Assembly (NCBI GenBank): GCA_051439505.1
Contig: JBFRWI010000151.1
Span: forward strand, 19,413 to 83,412
Source of the DNA: Hormoscilla sp.
GTDB taxonomy: Bacteria > Cyanobacteriota > Cyanobacteriia > Cyanobacteriales > Desertifilaceae
Reading direction: 5' to 3'
Length of the DNA: 64,000 bases
Shown: positions 40,891 through 50,814 of the stretch, piece after piece
Layout: every line of letters begins with the position of its first letter
Position numbering within the stretch: position 1 is the stretch's first letter
Program-made: the position numbers and the translations under genes
Notes under the pieces: model-generated
Databases searched by the model: none
Told to the model about the DNA's origin: nothing
The model's input: the letters and a program-made list of their open reading frames with translations, nothing else

Positions 40891-41856
40891 ATGGCTTGGA
40901 GCAAGCGCATTCTGACTTTCACTGTAATTGGCATCGCGATCGCGGGTGTAGTGGGGATCAACCTGGTGGCCTGGCGGCAGGTGACAAGGATGACGCAGTT
41001 TGTGGATGGGCGCTCGCGCACCGGCCCGCCAGAGAAACTCAACCTGCTGTCGAAAGTTCGGGTCATTGCTACAGGGGTTAGTATCCCCAGACCTGAGAAT
41101 AGCAGAAATCCTCAAGATTTGGGATTTGAGTATGCTCGCCACGAATTACAAACCAGTCGAGAAGATCGCCTGGAAGCCTGGATGATCGACCCGCCAAATG
41201 CCAAAGGGATCTTTCTGCTGTTCCACGGCTACGCCAGCAGCAAAGACAGCTTGCTGCCGATCGCCGATGCTCTGGTAAAGCTTGGGTACGCTACTTTTTT
41301 GGTAGACTTTTACGGATCTGGGGGCTCGTCGGGTAATAGCACTAGCATTGGTTACTATGAAGCCCAAGACGTTAAAACAGCACATGAGTATGTTGTCGCT
41401 CAATGGCCTCAGCGGAAAACTGTGCTCTACGGTGTCTCCATGGGAGGGGCCGCAGTGCTGCGGGCCATAGCTGTTTACAACGTACAACCCGATGGCGCGA
41501 TCGTCGAAAGCACTTTCGATCGCCTGCTGAACGCTGTTAGCATCAGATTTGCAGCAATGAAACTGCCACCCCGCCCCCTGGCAGATTTGCTGATGTTTTG
41601 GGGCGGTCAGAGATGGGGCTTTAATCCCTATCTTCATAATCCAGCCGATTATGCCCGATCGGTCAAAAGTCCTACTCTAGTATTCTATGGTGAAGGAGAT
41701 CTGCGAGTCAAGGAAAAAGAAGCTGTTGCCATCTACAATGCCCTTCCGGGCTGGAAGCGCTACTGGTCGTTTCCCAAAGGCGGACATGGTTTGAAAGCAA
41801 TTGACAATTTGGAACTCTGGGAACGGGCGATATCGGAATTGTTGGTTCAAATCTGA
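40891..41856 (+). CDS. Alpha/beta hydrolase with N-terminal anchor
   Basis: FHGY, GVSMGG nucleophile elbow, GEGDLRV, GGHG. Confidence 0.88.
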   Translation: MAWSKRILTFTVIGIAIAGVVGINLVAWRQVTRMTQFVDGRSRTGPPEKLNLLSKVRVIATGVSIPRPENSRNPQDLGFEYARHELQTSREDRLEAWMIDPPNAKGIFLLFHGYASSKDSLLPIADALVKLGYATFLVDFYGSGGSSGNSTSIGYYEAQDVKTAHEYVVAQWPQRKTVLYGVSMGGAAVLRAIAVYNVQPDGAIVESTFDRLLNAVSIRFAAMKLPPRPLADLLMFWGGQRWGFNPYLHNPADYARSVKSPTLVFYGEGDLRVKEKEAVAIYNALPGWKRYWSFPKGGHGLKAIDNLELWERAISELLVQI

Positions 41857-41870
41857 TTGTTAAAAATTGA

Positions 41871-41989
41871 GAGTGGTCAGTGGTCAGTTGTAAGTGGTCA
41901 GTGGTCAGTAGTCAGTGGTCAACTAACAAATAACAACTAACAACTAACAAATAACAACTAACAACTAACAACTAACAACTAACAACTAC
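41871..41989. repeat. Heptamer tandem repeats (AGTGGTC)n then (CAACTAA)n between convergent genes
   Basis: Directly visible; (CCACTGA)5 also at 44037-44076. Confidence 0.9.
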
Positions 41990-42056
41990 GTCCTACAGTT
42001 GGTCGTGCGGAATGTAGGTTTCAGAACTTGGTAAGCGAGCGTCGAACTCACGTTAC

Positions 42057-42716
42057 TCACAATAAACCCCGATAGTGAATGAAGACTAAAACCGCAGCCC
42101 AAGACCCCAACGCTACTTTTATAGCAACAAGGATATTGAGCAAAGGAATCACCCCTCCACTCAAAAGCGTCCCCATCTCTCCATGGGGTAACTCGAATCC
42201 AGTTAAAGTGAGAACGGCAAGCACGATAAAAACCAGCACCGATAACTTCTCCCAAATCGCAATCCGCCAACGTTTGTAAATCTTTTGCATCCATTCGGGA
42301 GATGACGTAATCGCGACCAAACCGATCGCCGTTCCCCCGGCCACCCCCGCCGCAAACCCGCCTCCCGGACTTAAATGCCCGCGAATGGCCAGTTCGATAC
42401 TCACTAAAGCAGCAATCGTTGCGCCCAAACGCGCTAAGATGATCGAGGGGCGATCGCGGAACTGATGGATGTGCGTCTGGGGTTTTTCATCCGCCAATAA
42501 AAACTTCGCGCCCCCGATCGCGACTGTAAAGACCACCACTTCAAAGATCGTGTCGTAGAGGCGATTCCGCAAAATTACCCCCGCGATCGCACTCGGCACG
42601 CCGCTGTCGCCTACCACCAACTCGACAACAGAAAAGGGGGGTTCCGGAGCAGCATTGGGCATGACCAGCATTTTAACGTAGAGGGCGATTCCCGCCGCAA
42701 TGTAGATCCATTTCAT
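42057..42716 (-). CDS. mrpB: Mrp/Mnh Na+/H+ antiporter subunit B-like
   Basis: RNRLYDTIFEV, RGHLSPGGGFAAGVAGG. Confidence 0.88.
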   Translation of the reverse strand: MKWIYIAAGIALYVKMLVMPNAAPEPPFSVVELVVGDSGVPSAIAGVILRNRLYDTIFEVVVFTVAIGGAKFLLADEKPQTHIHQFRDRPSIILARLGATIAALVSIELAIRGHLSPGGGFAAGVAGGTAIGLVAITSSPEWMQKIYKRWRIAIWEKLSVLVFIVLAVLTLTGFELPHGEMGTLLSGGVIPLLNILVAIKVALGSWAAVLVFIHYRGLL

Positions 42717-43273
42717 TAATGTTTCTCCTGTGAGTTTGACGCCACGACATAAGTTAGGATTGCTTCGGTTGATGAAAGTTCGGCCTGTAACATCTTGTAG
42801 AGGCGTTCCAGTCGCATGGCGATACAGTAAACTGGTTTGCTATTGTCCCCCTCCTGGAGAATGCAAGTGCCGTGAATATCTTTTTCCCGCAACGCAGCGC
42901 GTAAATCTTCCCGTTCCTCATAGGACAACAGTTCTAAACGGATGTGACGCTTGTTAACAATGGTGCGCAACTTTCCCATCAATTGCTCGCGAATTTCCTC
43001 TTCCCCCTCTTTTGCCAGCACTCCCAAACGCATGACCATTGACGATCGCACCGCTACCGCATAGAGGGTAATCGCCAGCATGGTTCCTACTAAGGCTTCC
43101 GTCAAGGCAACATCGGGAGCGCCCAAAACCGCGTACAGCAAGGCCGCGATCGCCCCTAGGATACCCCGAATGACCAAAGCGCTGTAGGGATTGACCTGTA
43201 ACACCAAAAAGACTGCCGTTAGGGGTAACAGGGCCGCGATCGCGTAAATAATATAAATCTCGCTCTCACTCAT
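42716..43273 (-). CDS. DUF4040 / MrpA C-terminal-like subunit
   Basis: LGAPDVALTEALVG motif. Confidence 0.85.
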   Translation of the reverse strand: MSESEIYIIYAIAALLPLTAVFLVLQVNPYSALVIRGILGAIAALLYAVLGAPDVALTEALVGTMLAITLYAVAVRSSMVMRLGVLAKEGEEEIREQLMGKLRTIVNKRHIRLELLSYEEREDLRAALREKDIHGTCILQEGDNSKPVYCIAMRLERLYKMLQAELSSTEAILTYVVASNSQEKH

Positions 43274-43544
43274 TTTTCCTCCCGCTACTGGAGCAATAGG
43301 CCAGCACGTATCCTAACATCGTATTCCAGATTGCCAAACAAACGATCGCCAGTACCAGTAACGGCCATTCCCGAGGAATTTTCAGCAATAGTCCAAAAAC
43401 AATGCTCATAGAACCCAAAGTATCCGACACTGAAAGACTGTGGAGTTTAAATAAAACCGATCTCTGGCTGAGCAGAGGAATCGATCCCCAAAACCAGAAG
43501 AAAATACCCACAATAATGCAAGTGTAGCTAATAACATCCATCAT
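43266..43544 (-). CDS. mrpG: Mrp subunit G
   Basis: KLHSLSVSDTLGS, three TM helices. Confidence 0.85.
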   Translation of the reverse strand: MMDVISYTCIIVGIFFWFWGSIPLLSQRSVLFKLHSLSVSDTLGSMSIVFGLLLKIPREWPLLVLAIVCLAIWNTMLGYVLAYCSSSGRKNE

Positions 43545-43930
43545 GATTCATTCATTCATTCATTTAATGATAAGCTGTGATGCATTTAATTGCCTCGTCC
43601 AAAATGGGGCAGGCAGGGTAACCGAAACGCTTATGGCAAATGGCCGCGCTTGTTTTTACGCTCAGATCAAATGGGGTGTGGTCAAAATCCGATCCGATCC
43701 CCCCCTTCCGAAAGGGGGAGCAACCGGTGCGCCCCCCTTAAAAAGGGGGGTTTGGGGGGATCCGACGACTGGTCTAGTCCTAGAACTATCAACGGGTTTT
43801 GACCACACCCGCTCAAATGTGCATTTTAGATGCGCGACAGCTTAGTTGCCAGCAGCATTAAAGCTGCACGTTCCTACCGTGAGGGCGATCTCGCCGACAA
43901 TCCCAATCATACCGCAAAACCGAGACCAAC
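43541..43930 (-). pseudogene. mrpF: Decayed second copy of mrpF, split by an insertion
   Basis: 43541-43572 and 43845-43930 align with 45688-45810 (TGC.AGCAGCATTAA.GC.GCA..TCCTAC.GTGAGG.CGATC; CGCAAAACCGAGAC). Confidence 0.75.
43573..43842. mobile_element. MITE with TA target duplication
   Basis: TA|AGCTGTGATGCATTTAA...TTTAGATGCGCGACAGCT|TA; internal CCCCCCTTAAAAAGGGGGG palindrome. Confidence 0.75.
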
Positions 43931-44106
43931 TTGCATTAGGCGTTGCACAACGACACCGATGATCGGCAAGCGGTCTAATCTTGTCAATCGTCCGTTCGTA
44001 ATAGCTGATAATGACTTGTGACAACATTCTAACCAACCACTGACCACTGACCACTGACCACTGACCACTGACCACTATCATCGGTAAAAATGTGCAACGC
44101 CCAAAA

Positions 44107-45570
44107 TTAAATTTTAAACCAGACAATTCCCATCCAAAAGAGTAAAATCAAAATCACGCTCATCGAACCGATTAAATGATCGAATTCCTCGGCAACTCTG
44201 GGCAGTTTGATGCTGAATCTTTTGATGATGGCAAAATAGATCAGCCACCCCGAGGCGATCGTCACTAGGGGTTTAATGATATTCTCGACAGTATAAGCAT
44301 CATAGTAGGCAATATTCGCCGCAATCAAGCCGACCAGGAGGAGGGTTACGGCTATCCAGAAACCGGGTTTGGCTTTGTCTTTCTTGGTTTCCCCTTCGCT
44401 GTGGTGGGGTAAAAAGATAAATTTGGCATACATGATTGCCGTTCCCAATGCCGCTAGATTCATGCCGATTACTTGCCAAGGAAGGAGGTTTTTCATGGTT
44501 AAAACCTTGGCTCCAAAGCCGGAGAGTAAGGGGAAACCCGATATAGAAAAACTGGCGATCGCCAGGGGGAGCCATAGACGGGTGGATATCGGCTGCCGTT
44601 GCAACTGTTCGAGATCGCGACTGGGTAAGGTTCCTGCAATTAAAAACAGCGAGGCTTTAACCAGTCCGTGAGTGAGAGCGTAAAATCCTCCCACTTCTGG
44701 AGCGGCGAGGATGAAGCCCAATTGGGAAACCGTTGAAAAGGCGAGGGTTCGCTTGGTATCCTTTTCAAATATACCGTAGAATATGCCAATCAGGGCGCTA
44801 GCCGCCCCGAAAAAGCGAATAATAGGATCGACTTCTGGCACCATCAAGGCGCAGCGCATGAGGGGAAAAATGCCGCTTTTGACAGAAACTCCTGAAAGCA
44901 AGGCCGAAACGGGGGTTTCGGATTCGGCGTGAGTCAGAGGTAACCACAAACCGGAAACAAAAACGCCTCCTTTGATTAACAGTCCCAAAAAAATGAGCGC
45001 GAGTGCTTCTGGAGGAGCATTCTTTAACCCAGCAAAGGCAAAAGAGTGATTCGCTTGATAAACCAGCACGGCACCGATCAGAAAAAAGAGCATGGCGACA
45101 TTGCTGATGAACAGGTAGCGCAGGCCCACCCACATGGAGCGATCGCTGCGGGGATAGGTGATGGAGAGGAAGGCGGCAATGCTGCTGACTTCCAGGGCGA
45201 CGTATAAGCTGATAAAATCCGAGCAGATAAAGACAGCATTAACGCTGCCGTGCAGAATGATGGAATTGGTGTAAAAAAAGGCGGTTTTTTCCGTATCCCA
45301 ACCGTAAATGATGACGGCTGCCGTAACCAGGGCATTAGTGAGGATAAAAAAGCCGCTCGTGGTATCGGCTTCTAACGTGACGCCGAAATTGTCGAGTACG
45401 GTTAAGGTGAGGGGAGAGGCTTGGAAAAATAGCCCAAATCCATAGCTCACTGACAGTAAGACCGTTACGATCGCCAGAGCGCGATCGAGCCGGGGTAGGA
45501 GGTAAATGAGAAACCCCATAAAACAGGGCAGGGTCACCCAAGCGATCGTCAAAGTATTCATCACAAACAA
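44107..45570 (-). CDS. mrpD: Mrp subunit D-like, copy 2
   Basis: DFISLYVALEV, GLWLPLTHAESETPVSALLSG; paralogue of 46310-47758; start may be the second Met (MNTLTIAW). Confidence 0.88.
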   Translation of the reverse strand: MFVMNTLTIAWVTLPCFMGFLIYLLPRLDRALAIVTVLLSVSYGFGLFFQASPLTLTVLDNFGVTLEADTTSGFFILTNALVTAAVIIYGWDTEKTAFFYTNSIILHGSVNAVFICSDFISLYVALEVSSIAAFLSITYPRSDRSMWVGLRYLFISNVAMLFFLIGAVLVYQANHSFAFAGLKNAPPEALALIFLGLLIKGGVFVSGLWLPLTHAESETPVSALLSGVSVKSGIFPLMRCALMVPEVDPIIRFFGAASALIGIFYGIFEKDTKRTLAFSTVSQLGFILAAPEVGGFYALTHGLVKASLFLIAGTLPSRDLEQLQRQPISTRLWLPLAIASFSISGFPLLSGFGAKVLTMKNLLPWQVIGMNLAALGTAIMYAKFIFLPHHSEGETKKDKAKPGFWIAVTLLLVGLIAANIAYYDAYTVENIIKPLVTIASGWLIYFAIIKRFSIKLPRVAEEFDHLIGSMSVILILLFWMGIVWFKI

Positions 45571-45606
45571 TCAGTTATAGCAACTTTCCGCTACTGCTAG
45601 CAGCGT

Positions 45607-45691
45607 ATCTCTGGCTGAGGATAGAAATCCTTACCCCAAACCAGAATATCATACCCACAATAATGCAAGTGTAGCCAAAAAACTCCCTCAT
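45607..45691 (-). pseudogene. mrpG: 5' remnant of mrpG
   Basis: ATACCCACAATAATGCAAGTGTAGC identical to the mrpG 5' end; ATGA overlap with mrpF stop; frameshifted. Confidence 0.75.
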
Positions 45692-45945
45692 GATTCATTC
45701 ATTCGTTTAATGATATTTGCTAGCAGCATTAACGCCGCATTTCCTACGGTGAGGACGATCGCACCGACGATCCCGATCGCCCAATCATCCCGCAAAACCG
45801 AGACGAACAAAATCAAAATTGCCGTCTTCGTGGAGATACTGGCAAAAGCCAACATTTTCTGCCATATATTATCATTTTCCCAAGCATCATAAATGGGAAT
45901 GAGCAAGGCCAGAATCATGGCAACTAATAAGAGTAAGAGGATCAT
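45688..45945 (-). CDS. mrpF: Mrp subunit F-like
   Basis: Small three-TM protein between mrpE and the mrpG remnant. Confidence 0.7.
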   Translation of the reverse strand: MILLLLLVAMILALLIPIYDAWENDNIWQKMLAFASISTKTAILILFVSVLRDDWAIGIVGAIVLTVGNAALMLLANIIKRMNES

Positions 45946-46325
45946 GGCTTTTTCCTTCGAGTAACGCGATGGATTTCATACCACCCTTCTTCGTGGTATT
46001 GCACCACAATGGTTTTGGGGGTAAACGTAATCAGAAAAATATCCAAAAAAACGAGCCTGTGCGATCGCTTTTCTTCCACTCGTTCGCAGACCATCTCCTC
46101 GTCATTATGGGGACGCAGGATGAGTTCAAAGGCTTCGATATAGGCTATAGGAATTGCCCAAAGGATTTTTCCCAATACCAACAGCCACTCTTTGATGGCT
46201 TCTGGGTTGGTATAACTGCGAGGAATTAGCAGTGAAATGCTCAGACCGATGATCGCATTCGGCCAGCTGAAATCAGCCGTCAGCAGAAACCAGATTGTCA
46301 AGCGTAAGATTAGATGTCCAACCAT
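45942..46325 (-). CDS. mrpE: Mrp subunit E
   Basis: IWFLLTADFS..N.IIG, LITFTPKTIVV. Confidence 0.85.
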   Translation of the reverse strand: MVGHLILRLTIWFLLTADFSWPNAIIGLSISLLIPRSYTNPEAIKEWLLVLGKILWAIPIAYIEAFELILRPHNDEEMVCERVEEKRSHRLVFLDIFLITFTPKTIVVQYHEEGWYEIHRVTRRKKP

Positions 46326-47758
46326 GCAAATCCCATCCAAAAGAGTAAAATCAAAATTATGCTCATCGAACCGATTAAATGATCGAATTGCTCCGCGACC
46401 CGGGGCAGTTTGATGCTCAACCTTTTAAAAATGGCAAAATATACCACCCAACCCAGCGCGATCGTGGCTAAAGGTTTAATCGTATTTTTGACATTATAGG
46501 CATCATAGTAGGCAACATTGGCCGCAACCAAGCCAAGGAGTAGAATAATGACTGCTATCCAGAAACCCGGTCTGCTTTTCTGGTTTTCTACCGATCTTTG
46601 ATGGGGGATAAAGATAAATTTAGCAAAGGAAATGGCAGTTCCCAAGGCGGCCAGATTCATGCCGAGCACCTGCCAGGGGAGGAGATTTTTCATGGTTAAT
46701 ACCTTCGCTCCAAAGCCAGACAGCAAGGGGAAACCGGAGATCGAGAAACTGGCGATCGCCAGGGCGATCCAGATAGGGGTGGCGATCGGTTGCTGTTGTA
46801 GTTCCTTGAGGTTGCGACTGGGTAAGGTTCCCGCGATTAAAAACAGCGCCGCTTTAACGAAGCCGTGAGTGAGGGCGTAAAATCCCCCGACTTCCGGTGC
46901 GGCGAGAATAAAGCCCAATTGGGAAACCGTGTGAAAGGCCAGCATTCGCTTGGTATCCTTTTCAAAAACGGCATAGAATACCCCCAGAATGGCGGTAGCG
47001 ACGCCGAAAATCCGCACGACGGGATCGATCTCTGGCACTACTAAGGCGCAGCGCAACAGGGGGAAAATGCCGCTTTTAACCGCCACTCCCGACAGCATTG
47101 CCGAAACGGGGGTTTCTGATTCGGAGTGAGTCAAGGGCAGCCACAAACCGGAGACAAAAACGCCTCCTTTGATTAATAGTCCCACAAAAATTAGGGCGAG
47201 GGCTTCTGGGGGAGCCGATCGCAACCCGGCAAAGGCAAAAGAGTGACTTGCCTGGTAAACCTGTACTGCGCCGATCAGAAAAAAGATCATGGCGACATTG
47301 GTTATGAACAGGTAGCGCAAGCCGATCCATAGGGTGCGATCGCTGCGGGGATAGGTGATGGCTAGGAAGGCGGCAATCCCGCTGACTTCGAGGGCGACGT
47401 ACAAGCTGATAAAATCCGAACAGATAAATGTCGCATTAACGCTACCGTGCAGAATAATCGCTTGAGTATAAAAAAAGGCGGTTTTATTCGTATCCCAACA
47501 GTAAATAACCACTGCCACCGTGACCAGGGCATTAGTCAAGATAAAAAAGCCGCTCGATGTATCGGCATCTATTGTCACGCCGAAATTATCGAGTAATGTG
47601 AGAGTCAGGGACTCGTCTTGGAAAAATAGACTAAACCCATAGCCGACCGACACCAAAGACGCGCATAGGGCAAGATAGCGATCGAGTTTGGGAAGGAGGT
47701 AAATGATAAACCCGACAAAAAAGGGCAGGGCGATCCAATAGATCGTGATAGCGTTCAT
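46310..47758 (-). CDS. mrpD: Mrp subunit D-like, copy 1
   Basis: Proton-conducting membrane transporter motifs, KRMLAFHTVSQLG. Confidence 0.9.
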   Translation of the reverse strand: MNAITIYWIALPFFVGFIIYLLPKLDRYLALCASLVSVGYGFSLFFQDESLTLTLLDNFGVTIDADTSSGFFILTNALVTVAVVIYCWDTNKTAFFYTQAIILHGSVNATFICSDFISLYVALEVSGIAAFLAITYPRSDRTLWIGLRYLFITNVAMIFFLIGAVQVYQASHSFAFAGLRSAPPEALALIFVGLLIKGGVFVSGLWLPLTHSESETPVSAMLSGVAVKSGIFPLLRCALVVPEIDPVVRIFGVATAILGVFYAVFEKDTKRMLAFHTVSQLGFILAAPEVGGFYALTHGFVKAALFLIAGTLPSRNLKELQQQPIATPIWIALAIASFSISGFPLLSGFGAKVLTMKNLLPWQVLGMNLAALGTAISFAKFIFIPHQRSVENQKSRPGFWIAVIILLLGLVAANVAYYDAYNVKNTIKPLATIALGWVVYFAIFKRLSIKLPRVAEQFDHLIGSMSIILILLFWMGFAWLDI

Positions 47759-47761
47759 GTC

Positions 47762-48106
47762 TTATGTATTATCCTTCTCGATCTCGCGGGTGTCCAAGGT
47801 GGGATGATCTCGCGAGAGTTTCATGACTCCTACCAGCATTAACGCCTGAATCGAGAGGCCGATGACGATTGCGGTCAAAATCGCCCCTTGGGGAACGGGA
47901 TCGGCGTAAGCACGATCGATTTGATTGTCTGAGATAATGGGGGTAAAGAAGCCACCTCGCGAGGCAATGAGGACATAGTAAGCGATCGCCCCCGTACTCA
48001 TCACGTCCATGGAGACGATTTTCATTAGTAGGTTCTTTTTGAGAATGATACCGAAAAATCCGCACAAAAGAGTTGCGAATACAAATGCCTCTAACACGAA
48101 ATTCAC
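47762..48106 (-). CDS. mrpC: Mrp subunit C
   Basis: KKNLLMKI.SMDVM, ADPVPQGAILTAIVIG. Confidence 0.9.
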   Translation of the reverse strand: MNFVLEAFVFATLLCGFFGIILKKNLLMKIVSMDVMSTGAIAYYVLIASRGGFFTPIISDNQIDRAYADPVPQGAILTAIVIGLSIQALMLVGVMKLSRDHPTLDTREIEKDNT

Positions 48107-48642
48107 CTGTTGGGGAATAATGTTTACCAGAATACACGCTTCTTGAGTCTAGTTTCCCTCAGTTTGGGTAGCAATGCAACTTACTAGGTATGGAATCGAC
48201 GCCGAACGATTGTGCGCCGAAGTCGTGGATTGACGATATGACAGGGGTTTCAGCCATTTTTTGCTCGAAAAAGCAAGATCTTGTTTAGGGGGCGTCGGCG
48301 ATCTGCCTACCTGAGTCGAGTTCTACTGCCGCAATAGCCGTCAAACCCAATCCCTGAGAGCGTTTCAGCTATTATAGCATCTCTAGAACAGTTTGTGGCA
48401 AATAGTTCGTACAGTGCTGGACAGTGCCGGTTACTCATGGGTTTTCGTGCAGCGACCACCGGTTACAACCCTGTTGTTTCTGAGCCAAAACCAGGGCCGC
48501 ACTGCCATCCATTACCACGGTGCCGCGCCACTCTCCAAACACTGCGAGATATTCCTGTAGAAAATTGGGACAACAATCAAACCTAATTCATAATCAACCA
48601 TATTTTTGGGAAAAAATATGGTCGATCGATACAAAATGGAGA

Positions 48643-49233
48643 TTAAACTATTACCTCGTCAGCAAAATTTGCCCAGCGCACAAACTCAAATGGTCCCGCG
48701 ATCGAACCCCACAGTCGTTCGTCTGTTTCCGGGTCGCGCCCCCGGTCCAGACTGATCAGTTTCTGTTCGTAAACTTCAAATTCACTGTCGAGATAGCTAG
48801 TTTTACCTTGGCGAACCACGATGCAAGCTTTTCCCGGTTCTACCCGGGCTTTGAAGCTGTGACCCGTCCATTCTACTAAGAAGTTACAGCCCGGGAGTTT
48901 CTCTAGTCGATCGGGGGTGAGTGCTGACAGGCGATCGCGATCGCGGGAAGCTCCGTAAAACTTTTCTTCCTCTTTAATTTTATAGTTTTCCAGTTCAATG
49001 CTTTCTCCCGTATTGACTAATTTCAACACTCGGGTCCGATAGGGTTGGTTGAGCATGATATCATAGGCTTGTTCTAGATACAAACTTACCCCATCTAACA
49101 AGTCCGGGGGCAAGGGACGCATGCAAACGCGAATGTGAGCAAAAAATGGGGGATTTTCAAAGGCTTGCTCTTGGTTGCTGAAGTCGGCTGCCATCCAGCG
49201 TGCTAGGGTGGTAATATCGGTAGAATAAGTCAT
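48643..49233 (-). CDS. cpcT: Chromophore lyase, CpcT/CpeT family
   Basis: MTYSTDITTLARWMAADFSNQEQAFENPPFFAHI, LDRGRDPET...WGS..GPF; longer ORF start lies in a REP. Confidence 0.92.
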   Translation of the reverse strand: MTYSTDITTLARWMAADFSNQEQAFENPPFFAHIRVCMRPLPPDLLDGVSLYLEQAYDIMLNQPYRTRVLKLVNTGESIELENYKIKEEEKFYGASRDRDRLSALTPDRLEKLPGCNFLVEWTGHSFKARVEPGKACIVVRQGKTSYLDSEFEVYEQKLISLDRGRDPETDERLWGSIAGPFEFVRWANFADEVIV

Positions 49234-49313
49234 GTCAGTTCGTAGGGTGGGCAATGCCCACCATGTTAGTTGGGTTCGGTGGGCAATGCCCACCATGTCA
49301 GGTTGGGAATATT

Positions 49314-50471
49314 TTAATTTTTCAGTCCCTGAAGGCTAAATAAGAGAACTTGAGTTACTTGGTCATCTCGGAAATTATCGTCGCTGACGAGAATCAAACT
49401 TTTGCTGCCATCTGGCAAGCGCGGTCCCAGGGTCATGCCTTCTAGGTTATCTAAAGTAATGCCGAGGCTGTTTAAGTCTAGCAGCAGTTGTTTGCGGATG
49501 GGGTTAAGTCCCGTTAGATCGCCTTTGAGACTGGTAACATTGCTAATATCACTTGCCGCACCGGTAGCTAGCTGGAATATTTTGGCACTGAAACCTAAAA
49601 AGCCAAAGGAACGCTCTAAGCTGAGAAAATGACCGCCTCGATCGACTGCTAAGATCTCAGCTAACCCATGAAATAATGCTCCTGGAGGTGGGGGGTCTAA
49701 TAGATAGAAATGTTCGGAAAGCAGTTGGGGTCGTCCATAACCAACCAAATAATGTAACCAACGACTTTTAGCATTCACCATGTCCACCGCATCTGGATCC
49801 CGGTCTTGTGCTAAAGCTGACTCTGTGGCGACAAACAGGCGCAATGGTTCTCCTACACTGGGGATTGTACCAGAGGGATTGATCGTCAAGGCTTCAAAGC
49901 CGCGATTCTCTTGGACCCCAAGCTGTTGCTTGTCTCCCACGCCATCGGGGATATAATGTTTGGGAATGGGCAAACTCCTTTGCCAACGCCCTGTTTGGAT
50001 GTCAAATTCTTCTACAGCAGGGCCAATATCAGTGCCAGCAATGCCTTCTGTAGAGATAAATATGGTTTTGTCTGGAGTTATGGTGATTCCTTCTGGGTCG
50101 ATCGCGCCCCAGGGATAGTAATTTCCATCGGGACCGATCAGATATGTCACCTTTTCGATTTCGATATTCGGTTTTTCGGTATCCAGCCTCATGGTGTAAA
50201 ACCGGGCTGGGGATCCTTCGCTGCGATCGTCCGATAATGCGTAGATGCGACCGAGCCTGCGATCGTAGGCGATCGCGGATATGCCGCCAACGGGAGTATC
50301 TGCAAATGTTGTCTTGGGCAATTCATAGGATCCCAGGAATTCCAGGGATATGCCTAAAAATATCCGCTCTTCCGCAGTCACCTGGGGCAATTCACAACTG
50401 GTCAGCAGACTCGACAGCCCTATCATTATCGCCAATAGCCAGGGCAGAATTTTGCCTTTTCTTATCTTCAC
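49314..50471 (-). CDS. Esterase-like activity of phytase family lipoprotein
   Basis: Lipobox LTSC, GGISAIAYD, LSDDRS, DPEGI, DNLEGMTLGP, LVSDDNF. Confidence 0.88.
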   Translation of the reverse strand: MKIRKGKILPWLLAIMIGLSSLLTSCELPQVTAEERIFLGISLEFLGSYELPKTTFADTPVGGISAIAYDRRLGRIYALSDDRSEGSPARFYTMRLDTEKPNIEIEKVTYLIGPDGNYYPWGAIDPEGITITPDKTIFISTEGIAGTDIGPAVEEFDIQTGRWQRSLPIPKHYIPDGVGDKQQLGVQENRGFEALTINPSGTIPSVGEPLRLFVATESALAQDRDPDAVDMVNAKSRWLHYLVGYGRPQLLSEHFYLLDPPPPGALFHGLAEILAVDRGGHFLSLERSFGFLGFSAKIFQLATGAASDISNVTSLKGDLTGLNPIRKQLLLDLNSLGITLDNLEGMTLGPRLPDGSKSLILVSDDNFRDDQVTQVLLFSLQGLKN

Positions 50472-50553
50472 CTGTTCTCTCCTCTTTCCCGTTTTTCCGC
50501 AGTTTTCGTTCCCAGAAGCAGCCTGGGAACGATTTTATAGAGTGCAGACCCTC

Positions 50554-50786
50554 CAATACTTCAAGGTTTTGCATATAGGTTGTCATTGCGAGGGGGGGGG
50601 TAGGACGCCATTAACTTATGCCGCAAGCAAGTTAACCCCCCCCGAAGCAATCTCCGTCGCCCCTGTCCAGATGCATGCACGCGGCGTAGTTGCTGAGATT
50701 GCTTCGGGGGGTTCATCGTTTGGAGCCCTAAAATGTCGGTTTTGGTTTCCCCCTCGCAATGACAAATTGTTAACCGAGAAGTATTG
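50554..50786. mobile_element. Second copy of the GTCATTGCGAG palindromic MITE-like element
   Basis: CAATACTTC...TTAACCGAGAAGTATTG; flanked by GCAGA(C/G)CCTC direct repeat. Confidence 0.8.
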
Positions 50787-50814
50787 GCAGAGCCTCTAGT
50801 TTATTATAGTACAA

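Noticed and set aside
43543..44126. Short ORFs between mrpG and mrpD2
   Set aside because: They are translations of a MITE, heptamer repeats and mrpF remnants
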